A DNA stretch of 64,000 nt from Callorhinchus milii (Eukaryota), in the NCBI RefSeq assembly GCF_018977255.1, contig NW_024704743.1:28336001-28400000 (forward strand). Reading direction: 5' to 3'. Made by a program: the position numbers and the translations under genes. Under the pieces are notes generated by a model, which saw only the letters and a program-made list of their open reading frames with translations, was not told the DNA's origin and made no database searches. This document shows, piece after piece, positions 39,901 to 50,535 of this stretch. Every line of letters begins with the position of its first letter. Position 1 is the first letter of the stretch.

Positions 39901-39970
39901 TGTGGAGCACGTAGGCGACGAAGACGCCGACTATCAAGGTGGTGAAAGAGGTTTTCTTCAGCCCCAACAT
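21846..39970 (-). CDS. CLPTM1L: CLPTM1L (CLPTM1-like lipid scramblase), whole CDS span: 17 coding exons, 1626 nt, 541 aa
   Basis: join(39800-39970,39149-39249,35968-36157,34718-34860,33436-33514,32084-32201,31366-31460,28591-28675,27934-28037,27419-27484,26237-26287,25769-25851,25629-25663,25225-25280,23683-23727,23175-23290,21846-21933). All GT-AG, phases consistent, peptide matches CLPTM1L throughout, syntenic with TERT. Confidence 0.97.
22300..22601. repeat. ~300-bp direct duplicate, copy in CLPTM1L intron 16
   Basis: Near-identical to 20610-20920 apart from two small indels and a few substitutions. Confidence 0.9.
22920..23130 (+). mobile_element. CR1 LINE 3' end fragment
   Basis: atgggccgaatggcctccttctgtgct followed by a (tctatgat)n-type tail, typical of shark CR1 3' ends. 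Confidence 0.75.
23175..23290 (-). CDS. CLPTM1L: CLPTM1L coding exon 16
   Basis: [38 protein letters not shown](W); ag/gtaagg. Confidence 0.95.
23683..23727 (-). CDS. CLPTM1L: CLPTM1L coding exon 15
   Basis: [15 protein letters not shown]; ag/gtaagc. Confidence 0.93.
24045..25130 (-). mobile_element. Degraded L2 LINE in CLPTM1L intron 14
   Basis: Fragments CGVPQGSV and [18 protein letters not shown] on the minus strand. Confidence 0.82.
25225..25280 (-). CDS. CLPTM1L: CLPTM1L coding exon 14
   Basis: (G)[18 protein letters not shown]; ag/gttagt. Confidence 0.93.
25629..25663 (-). CDS. CLPTM1L: CLPTM1L coding exon 13
   Basis: (S)[11 protein letters not shown]; ag/gtaagt. Confidence 0.92.
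25769..25851 (-). CDS. CLPTM1L: CLPTM1L coding exon 12
   Basis: [27 protein letters not shown]; ag/gtaagg. Confidence 0.94.
26237..26287 (-). CDS. CLPTM1L: CLPTM1L coding exon 11
   Basis: [17 protein letters not shown]; ag/gtattc. Confidence 0.92.
27419..27484 (-). CDS. CLPTM1L: CLPTM1L coding exon 10
   Basis: [22 protein letters not shown]; ag/gtaaaa. Confidence 0.92.
27518..27780 (-). mobile_element. tRNA-Deu-L2 SINE
   Basis: tRNA-like head (ctaaccactgagct on +) plus Deu core and tail. Confidence 0.83.
27934..28037 (-). CDS. CLPTM1L: CLPTM1L coding exon 9
   Basis: (V)[34 protein letters not shown]; ag/gtaaga. Confidence 0.95.
28591..28675 (-). CDS. CLPTM1L: CLPTM1L coding exon 8
   Basis: [28 protein letters not shown]; ag/gtaagt. 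Confidence 0.95.
29565..31190 (-). mobile_element. CR1 LINE, internally deleted ORF2, in CLPTM1L intron 7
   Basis: Endonuclease fragment ([23 protein letters not shown]), RT fragment ([23 protein letters not shown]), C-terminus ([25 protein letters not shown]) and (ttcttatg) tail. Confidence 0.93.
31366..31460 (-). CDS. CLPTM1L: CLPTM1L coding exon 7
   Basis: (G)[31 protein letters not shown]; ag/gtaagt. Confidence 0.95.
32084..32201 (-). CDS. CLPTM1L: CLPTM1L coding exon 6
   Basis: [39 protein letters not shown]; ag/gtatgt. Confidence 0.94.
32798..33260 (-). mobile_element. L2 LINE 3' fragment
   Basis: gggagccagtggag (HWLP) motif and L2 3' end motif. Confidence 0.8.
33436..33514 (-). CDS. 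CLPTM1L: CLPTM1L coding exon 5
   Basis: [26 protein letters not shown]; ag/gtaagt. Confidence 0.94.
34718..34860 (-). CDS. CLPTM1L: CLPTM1L coding exon 4
   Basis: [47 protein letters not shown](L); tag/gtaagt. Confidence 0.9.
35968..36157 (-). CDS. CLPTM1L: CLPTM1L coding exon 3
   Basis: [63 protein letters not shown]; aag/gtacat. Confidence 0.94.
37097..37500 (-). mobile_element. Two adjacent Deu-SINE copies
   Basis: Two aataatccttgcatttgat tails with SINE bodies. Confidence 0.8.
37523..37795. repeat. Minisatellite, 34-bp unit cgtgtgtacaggtttgtagcggggcccagcacac with 24-bp deletion variants
   Basis: About 9 near-perfect units read directly, in CLPTM1L intron 2. Confidence 0.95.
39149..39249 (-). 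CDS. CLPTM1L: CLPTM1L coding exon 2
   Basis: [33 protein letters not shown](R); ag/gtaatt. Confidence 0.93.
39800..39970 (-). CDS. CLPTM1L: CLPTM1L coding exon 1
   Basis: [57 protein letters not shown]; donor gttagt. Confidence 0.95.
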
Positions 39971-40091
39971 CCTGGGAGAGATCAGAGCGGCCACTGGGGC
40001 ATCGTCCACCACAGCCACAGCACAGCAAGTCCAGACAGCAGCAGTGCTCTGCACCTCCCCACCCCCACAGCCTGCAGTCCCCTGATCTCCC

Positions 40092-41030
40092 TCAGTGTCT
40101 GCACACCCCCAAACCCTTCTCCCCTCCCCTCAGTGTCTGCACACCCCCAAACCCTCCTCCCCTCCCCTCACAGTGTCTGCACACCCCCAAACCCTTCTCC
40201 CCTCCCCTCACACAGTGTCTGCACACCCCCAAACCCTTCTCCCTCAGTGTCTGCACACCCCCAAACCCTTCTCCCCTCCCCTCAGTGTCTGCACACCCCC
40301 AACTCTTTCTCCCTCAGTGTCTGCACACCCCCAACCCTTTCTCCCTCAGTGTCTGCACACCCCCAACCCTTTCTCCCTCAGTGTCTGCACACCCCACCCC
40401 TCTCCCCTCCTCACACAGTGTCTGCACACCCCCAAACCCTTCTCACCCCCTCACACAGTGTCTGCACACCCCCAAACCCCTCCCCCCCTCAGTGTCTGCA
40501 CACCCCCAACCCTTTCTCCCTCAGTGTCTGCACACCCCCAAACCCTTCTGCCCCCCCTCACACAGTGTCTGCACACCCCCAAAGCCTTCTCCCCTCCCCT
40601 CACACAGTGTCTGCACACCCCCAAACCCTCCTCCCCTCCCCTCACACAGTGTCTGCACCCCCAAACCCTCCCCCTCCTCACACAGTGTCTGCACACCCCC
40701 AAACCTCCTCCCCCCTCACACAGTGTCTGCACACCCCCCCCCCTCCTCCCCTCCCCTCACACAGTGTCTGCACACCCCCAAACCCTCCTCCCCTCCTCAC
40801 ACAGTGTCTGCACACCCCCAAACCCTCCTCCCCTCCCCTCACACAGTGTCTGCACACCCCCCCCCCCCCCCTCCTCACACAGTGTCTCCACACCCCCCCC
40901 CCCCCCCCCCCCACAGTGTCTGCACACCCCCAGACCCTTCTCCCCCTCTTAACACAGTGGTTGCACACCACCAACCGCTTCTCCCTCTCCCTTCAGTGTC
41001 TGCACACCCCCAACCCCGTCTCACACAGTG
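40092..41030. repeat. Minisatellite (cagtgtctgcacacccccaaacccttctcccct.., ~30-40-bp units)
   Basis: Roughly 25-30 variant units between the CLPTM1L CpG island and the ATG exon. Confidence 0.95.
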
Positions 41031-41350
41031 CCCGCACCCAGACACAGGCTCCGGTGCCCTCAGTCAGTGTGTGGCTGGTGTGGGGGTCGGTGTGCGGCGG
41101 CGCCTCTCCTCCTCCTCGGGCTCCATTGCTCTGAGCCTCTGTCGGCGCGCGAAAGAAGGAGACTTCCGCCCGGATGTGACCTCACAGAGGGGGGGAGAGG
41201 CGGAGAGGGGGAGGAGCCGACGGCGCGCATGCGCGACCCCCCCCGCTCCGCCCGTCAGTGAGAGACTGTGCGCGTGCGCAGTGTGGGAGCGACGCTGTGG
41301 ATCAGAAGCGGCCCCGAGACCGCGGGACCTCCCGACATGAGAGGCGCTGT
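41030..41350 (-). promoter_or_regulatory. CLPTM1L CpG-island promoter with NRF1 and ETS motifs
   Basis: CpG-dense. NRF1-type palindrome CGCGCATGCGCG at 41224-41235 and TGCGCGTGCGCA at 41269-41280; ETS core ACTTCCG at 41162-41168; GC box ccgccc. Typical housekeeping promoter set. Confidence 0.75.
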
Positions 41351-41370
41351 TACACACATCACCTCAGTTA

Positions 41371-42470
41371 CCCCCTCACACCCCAACCGCACCCTCACCC
41401 CCCAACCCCTCACCCCCCAAAACCCCCCAACCCCTCACCTCCTCACCCCCCCACCCCTCACCCCCTCAGCCCCCAACCCCTCACCCCCCCCAACCCCCTC
41501 ACCCCCAACACCCCCCAACCCTCACCCCCCACCCCCTCACCCCCCTCACCCCTCACCCCCCAACACCCTCACCCCCCCTCACCCCCCAACCCCTCACCCC
41601 CCAACCCCTCACCCCCTCACCCCCAACCCCCAACCCTCACCCCTCACCCCCAACACCCCCAACCCCTCACCCCCAACACCCCCAACCCCCAACCCCTCAC
41701 CCCCCAACACCCCAACCCCTCACCCCCAACCCCTCACCCCCCAACACCCCCAACCCCCAACCCCTCACCCCCCAACACCCCCCAACACCCACCAACCCCT
41801 CACCCCCCACCCCCCAACACCCCCCAACCCCCCAACCCCCAACCCCCACCCCCCAACACCCCCCAACCCCTCACCCCCCAACCCCCCACCCCCAACCCCT
41901 CACCCCCAACACCCCCAACCCCCAACCCCTCACCCCCCAACCCCCCAACCCTCACCCCCCCAACCCTTCACACCCCAACCCCACCCCCCAACCCCACCCC
42001 CAACCCCACCCTCACCCCCAACCCCACCCTCACCCCCAACCCCTCACACCCCACCCTCACACCCCAACCCCACCCCCCAACCCCACCCTCACCCCCAACC
42101 CCACCCTCACCCCAACCCCTCACACCCCACCCTCACACCCCAACCCCACCCCCCAACCCCACCCTCACCCCCAACCCCCCCAACACCACCCCCCAACCTC
42201 ACCCACACCCCCCAACCCCACCCCCCAACCCCACCCTCACCCCCCAACCCCACCCTCACCCCCTCACCCTCACCCCCCAACCCCACCCTCACCCCTCACC
42301 CCCAACCCCTCATCCCCAACCCCCACCCTCAACCCCAGCCTCACCCCCTCCCCCCCCCACCCCCTCACCCCCCACCCTCACCCCCCAACCCCACCCCCCA
42401 ACTCCAAACCCCACCCACCCATTTCCCCCCTCCCTCCCCCCACCCCCCCAACACCACCCCCCACCCCCCA
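41371..42470. repeat. C/A-rich low-complexity tract built from CCCTCA and CCCCAA hexamer-like units
   Basis: About 1.1 kb, almost no G on the + strand. Confidence 0.92.
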
Positions 42471-42540
42471 ATTTGCCAGATACTGTATGTCACCTTAAAT
42501 TGTTGGAACTGCATGACTGGGAGAACAGACTCATCTCAGA

Positions 42541-42965
42541 AACAACAACATCAAAAGTACATTTGTAAAGCGCCTTTCACATCGGGAGGATGTCCCAAGG
42601 CGCTGGACAGACAGAGTTTCGGACCCGAGCTGGGGGCCAGGTTCGGGGAGGGTGGAGGGCGGGGGGGGGAAGCTGGGAGATCGAAAGCACAGTTGAAGAG
42701 GAGGATCTTCAGATGTGTCTTCAAGGTGGCGAGGGAGGGGACGAGGCGGAGTGACTGCGGGATGGAGTGCCAGAGGGTGGATGCAGAGTGGCGGAAGGCC
42801 TGCCCGCCAATAGTGGGGCGGGCGAGGCGGGGAACGTGAAGAAGGTTCAGAGCACACGTAAAGGAGGGAGTGAACAGGGTGGAGGGGGTGAGGAGGTCAC
42901 AGAGTTGGGAGTAGCAAGACTGGAGGGCATGGAAGGTGAGGACCAGGATCTTGAACTGTATCCTG
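42541..42965 (-). mobile_element. L2 LINE 3' fragment
   Basis: [34 protein letters not shown] plus tail. Confidence 0.85.
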
Positions 42966-45900
42966 TTCAAATTGTATCCTGGCTGGAAAAAGAATCACCA
43001 AATCCAAAGATTGTTGAAGTTTTCCCGTCAAAATGGAAAGAAGTTTTCCTGTCAAAATACCATCTGTTCAACGAATGCGAACTGCTTCTTTGATTGGAAA
43101 CAAGTTCCAAGGGCTGTTTTTTCAGCCAACAGTCAGCTCCAACACTGACGTCTGATGCCACTAGAGACTCGATCAAAGTTGTGACACTGCGTTTGGGATA
43201 ATGTCACGAGTACTCACTCAGTAATTCTTTGGTATCTCAGGAAGCTGTTAATGTCACTTATTGATACATAATTTACAATTTGCCCAGAACACAGTGGCAT
43301 ATCTTTTTAAACCAAGGTTAATGAAAGATGCTAAATATTTAAGATAAATATTTTCATTAAACAATGTATTTCGCTACACGCAAAAGCAAATAAACATATT
43401 TTAAAATCAAACAGGATTCAAATAATGCACATTTGTAACCGCACGAATCAGTTATTGTTTTGCAAGCACAGCGGCAAACATGTTACTCTCAAAGAGGAAA
43501 ATCTTTAGCAGATGCAATAGATACCGCAATACTTATTTTGGAAAGCGTCAAGAATGTAAAGAGTTAACAGTTCAGTATAACAGTTCTAGGTCCCACTTTT
43601 ATTAGAAGCTACCTTTTTATAAGATGAACGATGGTAAGATGAACACAATTGAAAATGGTATACCAACAACTGGATGTGAATAAGGTCCAAGTCATGAAAG
43701 AAAACTGCGTTGTATCAGAACACCAAAAATAAGCCATTCTTCAAGGCTGTTTGTTTTTAAAGGTCTTAAGCCACATAAATTAACTACAGCTGAGACAAGA
43801 AGTTGTCTGAACTAGACCCTGGGTTTTAAAATGTTAACAAAATGGAAACTATCATGATAAATTTCAAACTTCTGATTTTGTTTCTTGTAGCAACAGTATA
43901 CTATATTTGCTAATATACTAAATATTTTGATTTTTAATTTACTTGTATTTCTGTCAGGTTGATTGAATCGTTGGCTAGTTTCGAATTTCAAAGACGTATC
44001 AGGAAATATAACACTCAAAGCACTACTGTCGCACCTCTGAACAGCGGGGGTTTGAAAGGAGTCATCTGGGCTAGAATTCAATAACTTCATAACTTGTTTT
44101 TTTACTTGTTTATTATTATTATTATTCATAATTGCAATCCTCACATTATAAGAAACAAATGTAATCATAAAAAATAAATGAACATATATATCCGGTAGAC
44201 TATTTGGAGCCTGGATACCATCACGTAAAACTGCATTCAGCAAAGAATACTGAAACTTGTATATTGTTTCTTTATTCGCAGTAACAACATATTCAGAAGG
44301 CAGCTGGTGCAGGGACACAGCAAAATATGTTTTTTCCATTTTGGAATATATAGAAATAAAACATGGTAACCAAAACATCTTTAACAAAAGTTCCCATTTT
44401 TTTAAAAAAAGGTGAAAGGATATTTACTGAAACCATATTCTTTCAGAAAGAATTAGACATCAATTATCAGAATCAACGTCAATTATTTGAGCTGTTACAA
44501 AAACACAGATAACTCCCAGTTGAGAATCAATTCTAATATGTTTTTATGAGTGAAACTCAGCCCTGCTCAAATTGGAGCTTGCAAATACTACAATGAACAT
44601 TTATTCTTTCTACATAAACAAAATGCTACTCCTGATGGTAGCTCCCAGGCGGACAACAACAAAAATTTCCATTTATGTAACACTCTTTACACAAGTAAAC
44701 ACAGGTAGCGTCTTGGAGCACTTGTTAAGATTGACAATTAAGATTACATTTTGCACAGAAATTCCAAATTTAAACTGAGAGCAATATTTTAGACTTAAGA
44801 CAACAATACGAATAGTGGTTCTGTTTTTGTTCATGTATCTTTAGCATATTGCTCTTGCGATTAAGTTTGATTCAACACAAATTACAAATCTAGTTTTACC
44901 ATCTCACCAAAAACAGTTCCACAAAAAAATTGCCAGCAATAATTCCTAACTCTAATTCCTTAGTTGAAAAAGTGTGCCAAATAACATTAGTTGCAAGTCA
45001 ACAGAATAGATGTAATAGGAGTCACAAATTACTACACAAGTCAGTTGGATAAGAACTAGTCATAGCACCTGCAGGAACACTGCTCTGATGTGGTCTGTTT
45101 GCAGAGTTTCCTTAGGTCTGCATGACTAACTCCCAGTTAACAGCAGAATGTATCATGGGCATAGACTTACAGAACTGAGCCCAAATGTAAGGAAAATAAA
45201 TTAAGATGCACTTGTTGACAACAGTGCACCAAGATAGATACAAGTCATGTATCTTCAGCAAACTTTTGATGTTTAAAGTCTGATTTTCCTCTGCCAAAGA
45301 TGTATTGTTTGAGTTTTTACCATAGCACTGGCCTGAACACTAATCTTTGTTGTAGGAAAAATATTATATCTCAAGTTTTTTCTGGATAGATACAAGTCAC
45401 GTGTCTATGCTGAATAATTCAAAATACACAATATCTTCTTCAAGTCTGTTTTCCTTATTCAGTTATCTGTAAGTTATCCGCAGTTACTGTTTGGGAAAAC
45501 AACCAGCAGAGATAGAAACTAAAGGATGTTAAAGGTATTTTATATAACTGATTTCTAAAAACAGTTGCCAGTGTTATATGATCGGATCATCAAGATGTTG
45601 AGTAGGATGACACAAATATGCAAGACAAACTTGTTCCTCAAACAAATGTACTGACTTTTAATATATTCTGTCTATAAATGCTAGATTACCATCATTCTGA
45701 CTTTGTACTTACCAAAAAAAAACCTTGCTTTTTATGCAAATTGTATCCAACATCTATATTTTAACTTTTGCTGCAATTCTGTATGTATGCCTGCAAATAT
45801 TATGATTTGTAATCTTTCTGTACAAAAAATGCAGAGTTAAAGAGTCACAGCGGACCGAGGTCAAAAAAAATTCTTCTGGGAGTATTTTTGATGTGCAGCC

Positions 45901-46075
45901 GGCATAAGGCATTATAAATTGTCATGAAGTGTGCTTTACTTCTGTTCATTACACTATAAGTTAAATTACCCCATTTGTTAATTTTGAAAACAAAATTCTA
46001 AATGTAAATACTGTAAAACAAAAGTAATTCTCCTATCTGCACTCACTTCAATTACTGGTTATCTCACTCTGATCT

Positions 46076-48176
46076 TTAAAAACAAATACCATTTTTGATC
46101 TCGTGCTCTAGATTTTCCAGATCTTCATTACTTCTCACATTGCTGGATTCAACCGTATTTTCACCTATTGCTGACACATTAGGATGTGCCACCTCTAATA
46201 ATACCATAGATTCATATTTCTCTGAGGGTATAATCAAAGTGGTAGGACCATCATCCTTTGTATTATGTACTATTTGCCCTTTTACATTGTATCTTTCATT
46301 TGTATCTTTAGTGAAGGTATGTTCGTCGACATTCTTAACTGCATTGCTTACAGACTTTGTAAAATTCTCTGTGGATAATCCTTGACCATCTGTTTCAGTC
46401 ATTTCTAAGACCAGCTTTTCTTCATTAGGAACATTTGACTCTACTGAAAGAGAGCTGGTATACAGATTTCCTGAGTGCAATGTTTCTCCAGGCACTCCCA
46501 TTGCTGTTGTGACCGACTCATCTTTCTCCATAATCTTAAATATATTGTCCAAATTGGATGGTGTGTTGCTCTGGATGCAAGTGTCCAAGTCCAGCAAAAA
46601 ATGAACTTTTTTGCCAGGTTTAATAACATTCTCCTTTCCAACATATACGGTTTTCTCTTCAGAATTCTGAAGCTGCAGTGACCTATTTTGCTTCAACTCT
46701 TTTTCTTCCTTACATTCAGTCTCCCAAATTTTATCCACTGATTTCTCCTGACATTTAGCAGGCTGATTTAATTGTGTTTTTTCTTCTTGATCATCTGCTT
46801 TCACAAAGGAGGATTGTGGCTGCTTTGTTTCATATTCTGCATCCCAGTCTTCTTCACAAGCAACATCTTTTGTGGCAAAGAGTGTCTTCCCTTTAAATAA
46901 AGTGGGAGCAATTTTGGCACCACTATTTTCTCTTGTGTGCTCCGCTTGTTGCATGGTATCAGAGTGCCCTCTCTTCTGCTGCCAGCTGCCTCCAGCAATC
47001 CCTGACCAACGAGGTTGCTTGGATGATGAAAATGAATCTTGGCTGGAGAATGACGAGTTTTCTTCTTGACTTCTCTTCCTGTTTCCAAAATCTGATCTGA
47101 ATGATCTTTCTCTGCTAAAAGTACTCCCTCCGCTCTGATCTCCTCCACCTGCCCTCCAGCAATTGGAATTTGGACCACCATTATACTTTCCGTTGGTCCT
47201 ACCAACATTCCTCTGTTGCCATTCAGTTCCATCATTTTGACCGTTTTTCCAGTTTCCAGAGCTTCTCTGAGGTGAAGCATTCCTCAAATCATTTCTTGAG
47301 AAAGAAGCCCTTGATTGACTAAAGCTACCATTTCGCCTTTCAGTGCAGGAAGTCTCACCTTGGGTCTCCATCGATTTAGGATCATCCCATTTTTGTGTTC
47401 CAGTGCTGGATTGTAAAAAGCTGTTCTGTTTCCATCTTCTCTCTGGAGAGATTGTTTCCTGATATCTATTGACAACCTGACCAGCATTACCGTAATTCTG
47501 ACTTTGTACTGGCTTCATCTGACTAGGATAAGACCCTGTGCTATAAGTTACATTATTCGGATATACAGCACCTGTGGAATTCTGTTGCTGATTCACACAT
47601 ATAGGTACTGAACCATGGCCAACTGCAGTAGGTGTTCCCCTGTAACAGCAACAGGAGGTCTGAGGTATGTGGCCACAAGGGCTGGTGCTGATATTTCTAC
47701 ATGTGGCTGAACTGCACTGACCTCCAAAGCAAGAAACCTGTGGAATCATATTATAAGGACTCATAACAGCATGATTCAGCAAATAGGCAAGAACATCCAG
47801 ACGTATGGGCACAGTGACTGAAGATAAGTTCCCTGCTTTCTGAAGGGAGTTGCCCAATACTGAAGGCTGCATGTCTTTCTGAGTGGATCCCGGAAGTATT
47901 TGAGTTTCCAATGCACGATTTGTGATTCCACCAGAGCTCATTACAGTATTAGGATTACTCATAAAAGAGGATGTCTTTTTCAAGATAGAACTGGTTTCGA
48001 TGTCCTTCCTTCGATGGTTCTCTCCCTTGTGAAGACCTACCACAGCATTATTGTGGCTTGAACTGGGCTCTGAGGTGGCTGTTATTTCACTGGATCCACT
48101 AGGGGCAGTTCCCACGGCTGTCATGCTAATCATTTCTGACTTCACTTTAGCATGTGCATTTTGAGAATCTTGTATA
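46076..48176 (-). CDS. Large terminal coding exon of an uncharacterised, mostly disordered protein
   Basis: 2.1-kb stop-free frame in non-repetitive AT-rich DNA. Acceptor tttttacattacag|T at 48176 (phase 2) is in frame with ORF 46076..48145. No transposon motifs recognised. Confidence 0.82.
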
Positions 48177-48519
48177 CTGTAATGTAAAAAGTAAAAGTAT
48201 TGTTGGTTTTATTACAGTACATTTACATTAGATTGGGCAATTGTTTGGATTTAACACTATGCAAAAGAATTCATTGAGCACAAAATGTTCACAGCCTACT
48301 AAAAGTGTATGTTTATGATACTATAAAGCTTTCACTGTATGGAAAGTTACTTCTTGAGCTTTAGCATTAATCAGATATATCAAATGGAGAAAAGTGCTAA
48401 CAATCTAAGAAAATTCTACAGTCAATTCACTTTACAATATATTCTATGAAGCGCTTTGAGGTGGCTAAAAGATATGAAAAGCGCTATATCAACTGCAAGG
48501 AATATTATTATTATAAAAT

Positions 48520-48652
48520 GGTGGGGTCCCACACTGGAAGCCCCCCCAAAATAGCAGCATGTCAGAGAAATGTGGCCATAAGGGCTAATATTTCTACATG
48601 TTTCTATGCTGCATTGGCAAGACAGTTGTGGAATTATATTATGAGGACTCAT
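48520..48652 (-). pseudogene. Diverged partial duplicate of the Cys-rich segment of the 46076-48176 exon
   Basis: MSPHNIIPQLSCQCSIETCRNISPYGHISLTCCYFGGASSVGPH vs parent MSPYNMIPQVSCFGGQCSSATCRNISTSPCGHIPQTSCCCYRGTPTAVGHG (about 47614-47764). Confidence 0.75.
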
Positions 48653-50494
48653 GACTTTAGCAATTTTAAAATAATTAATTTGTTCTATTAATATAATCCT
48701 GAATTGGTAAACTTTTACCTATTCAAAATATACTTGCAAACTTGGCTATTATTTTAAAGTTTTTTTTTGCTGTCCACATTTCAAATGTATTTTAAATGTT
48801 TTTAAAATCACTGCTCCCTCCCTCCCTCCCTCCCAACAAACAAACAAACAAACAAACAGTAAAGTCAATGTCCTATATGTGCTACATCACAAAAAAAAAT
48901 AATTTGGTCACTCAATCCATGACTGTTTGTGGGACACTGCTGTGCGCAAATGGCTGACGCATTTCGCCCACAAAAATATAGTCAATTAACTTTGCAATAT
49001 ATTCTGTGAAGCTCTTTGAGACGTCTCGAAGATGTGATAAGGCGATGTATCAAATGCAAGGATTATTATTATGACAGCATGACCAACAAACAGGCAGTGT
49101 AATGTTTTCTGGTGCATTTCTTTTTATGTCCTCATTCCTACTCTGAAATATACTCCCCTTTCCAACCTTCGGATGTTTGTCCTATCTGAACCTTATATCT
49201 GTATGAAATGTCCTGCTTCATTTGTGTCTCACTGTACTAACCCTAAGTGTACCTGACTAGTATTCTCTTCAGCATTCCTCCACTGCTCCCCAATGACCGC
49301 GTGTTTGAAGCCTTGCTGCTTTATTCAAATATATATGTTCCACTCAAATTACTATTGTCAATGCCCATTCTCACACTGGGTCACTCATAGTTTATATTCA
49401 TCTAATATTGTACTGGATTTAATGACTCACCTCTTTAGCACTCCAGATCCTACCCAGTGTGAAGAGCCTACAGTTTATAAATGCTGCTGTTCTTGGCTTC
49501 CTACTGCAGTTCTCACCTTGAGACCATCTCACCACCATCCTTATCTCAAACCAGATCTGCCACATGAAATTCTAATGGGAAGAAGTTTCACCTGGGTCTA
49601 GATATACTCTTTTTTTATGTAGAGTTTCGGAGCTTCAGGAATTTGGCAAATTCTCAAATGCAGCCTTAATTTCGGAGATGATACTCTTCTTTTAAGAATC
49701 ACTGAAAACCGACTTCAAAGTTAAAACTGAATTCAGCCATTTGCCAAATTCTGAACGCTCCAGAATAGAGTAAGAGTCCAGATGGATTTTCTCATCAATT
49801 ATAATTTTTGAGAAAATTAAACAATAATTAGACTTGCATTTCATATAGCGCCTTATCACGTTGTCAAAACATCTCAAACAACTATATGTGAACCTATATT
49901 ACACATTTACAGCTCTCAGGCAATAGTAGAACACACATTATTTCCTTCTTTGTTATTTCTTCTGAATGTCAATATTACCTACTTAGAAAACGCTTTAACA
50001 ACTTTGTTTCAAAAGATGAAAATTAAAAGAATTACACTTAGCTCAAAAGATTTTATTCACACCAGAAAAACAATAATATTCTGTGAGTTAGCAAAATCTT
50101 ACTCGAAATGAATTAAATTCACTCACAGAGATTTTGCATCAATTTTCTCTTAGTTGCAACTCAAATCCCAACATCACTAAAATGTGAACGTTTCTGAGAA
50201 CATCATTTCTAACATTTCTTCCAAAAATGTACCACATCTATCTGAAACACTGGGAAGTGTTAAACTTCCCTTTCCCCTGCGGCTATGCTTTTAGAAATGC
50301 ATAAATCTTTAAAAAATGAACACATGTAAAATCGACCTTTTGGGCTTAAATATTTACAAGATGATATAAACTATGCAAAATTCCAACTAACATTTGCAGT
50401 ACAGTGCTGCACCTTACACCAACTCTCACGTTTCCTCCTTTAGCTGGTTTCACCCTGTGTTTTGGGTGAGGTTTGTGACCCCCCCAAGTCTTAC

Positions 50495-50535
50495 CCTTCT
50501 TTAAGTGTTGAATTCTCTCCTCTCTGCAGTTCCAT
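50495..50535 (-). CDS. Candidate first coding exon of the uncharacterised gene (MELQRGENSTLKEG)
   Basis: ATG at 50535 (+4 G), in-frame stop upstream, donor GG|gtaaga at 50495 in phase 2 matching the 48176 acceptor; gives a 713-aa product. Confidence 0.5.

Noticed and set aside
39710..42839. Pro-rich ORFs of 285-523 aa on the + strand
   Set aside because: Products of C-rich tandem repeats and an L2 fragment.
43812..44387. 191-aa minus-strand ORF
   Set aside because: Non-ATG start, AT-rich, includes a microsatellite-derived NNNNN run, no recognisable motif; probably UTR or intergenic.
45232..45456. Short direct repeats (gatagatacaagtca; aagtctg.ttttcct) about 150 bp apart
   Set aside because: Probably an old local duplication; frames contain stops and no function is supportable.
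49237..49246. CTAACCCTAA, identical to the vertebrate telomerase RNA template
   Set aside because: No CR2/CR3 pseudoknot, CR4/5 or H/ACA features nearby and AT-rich context; a single 10-mer can occur by chance in 64 kb.
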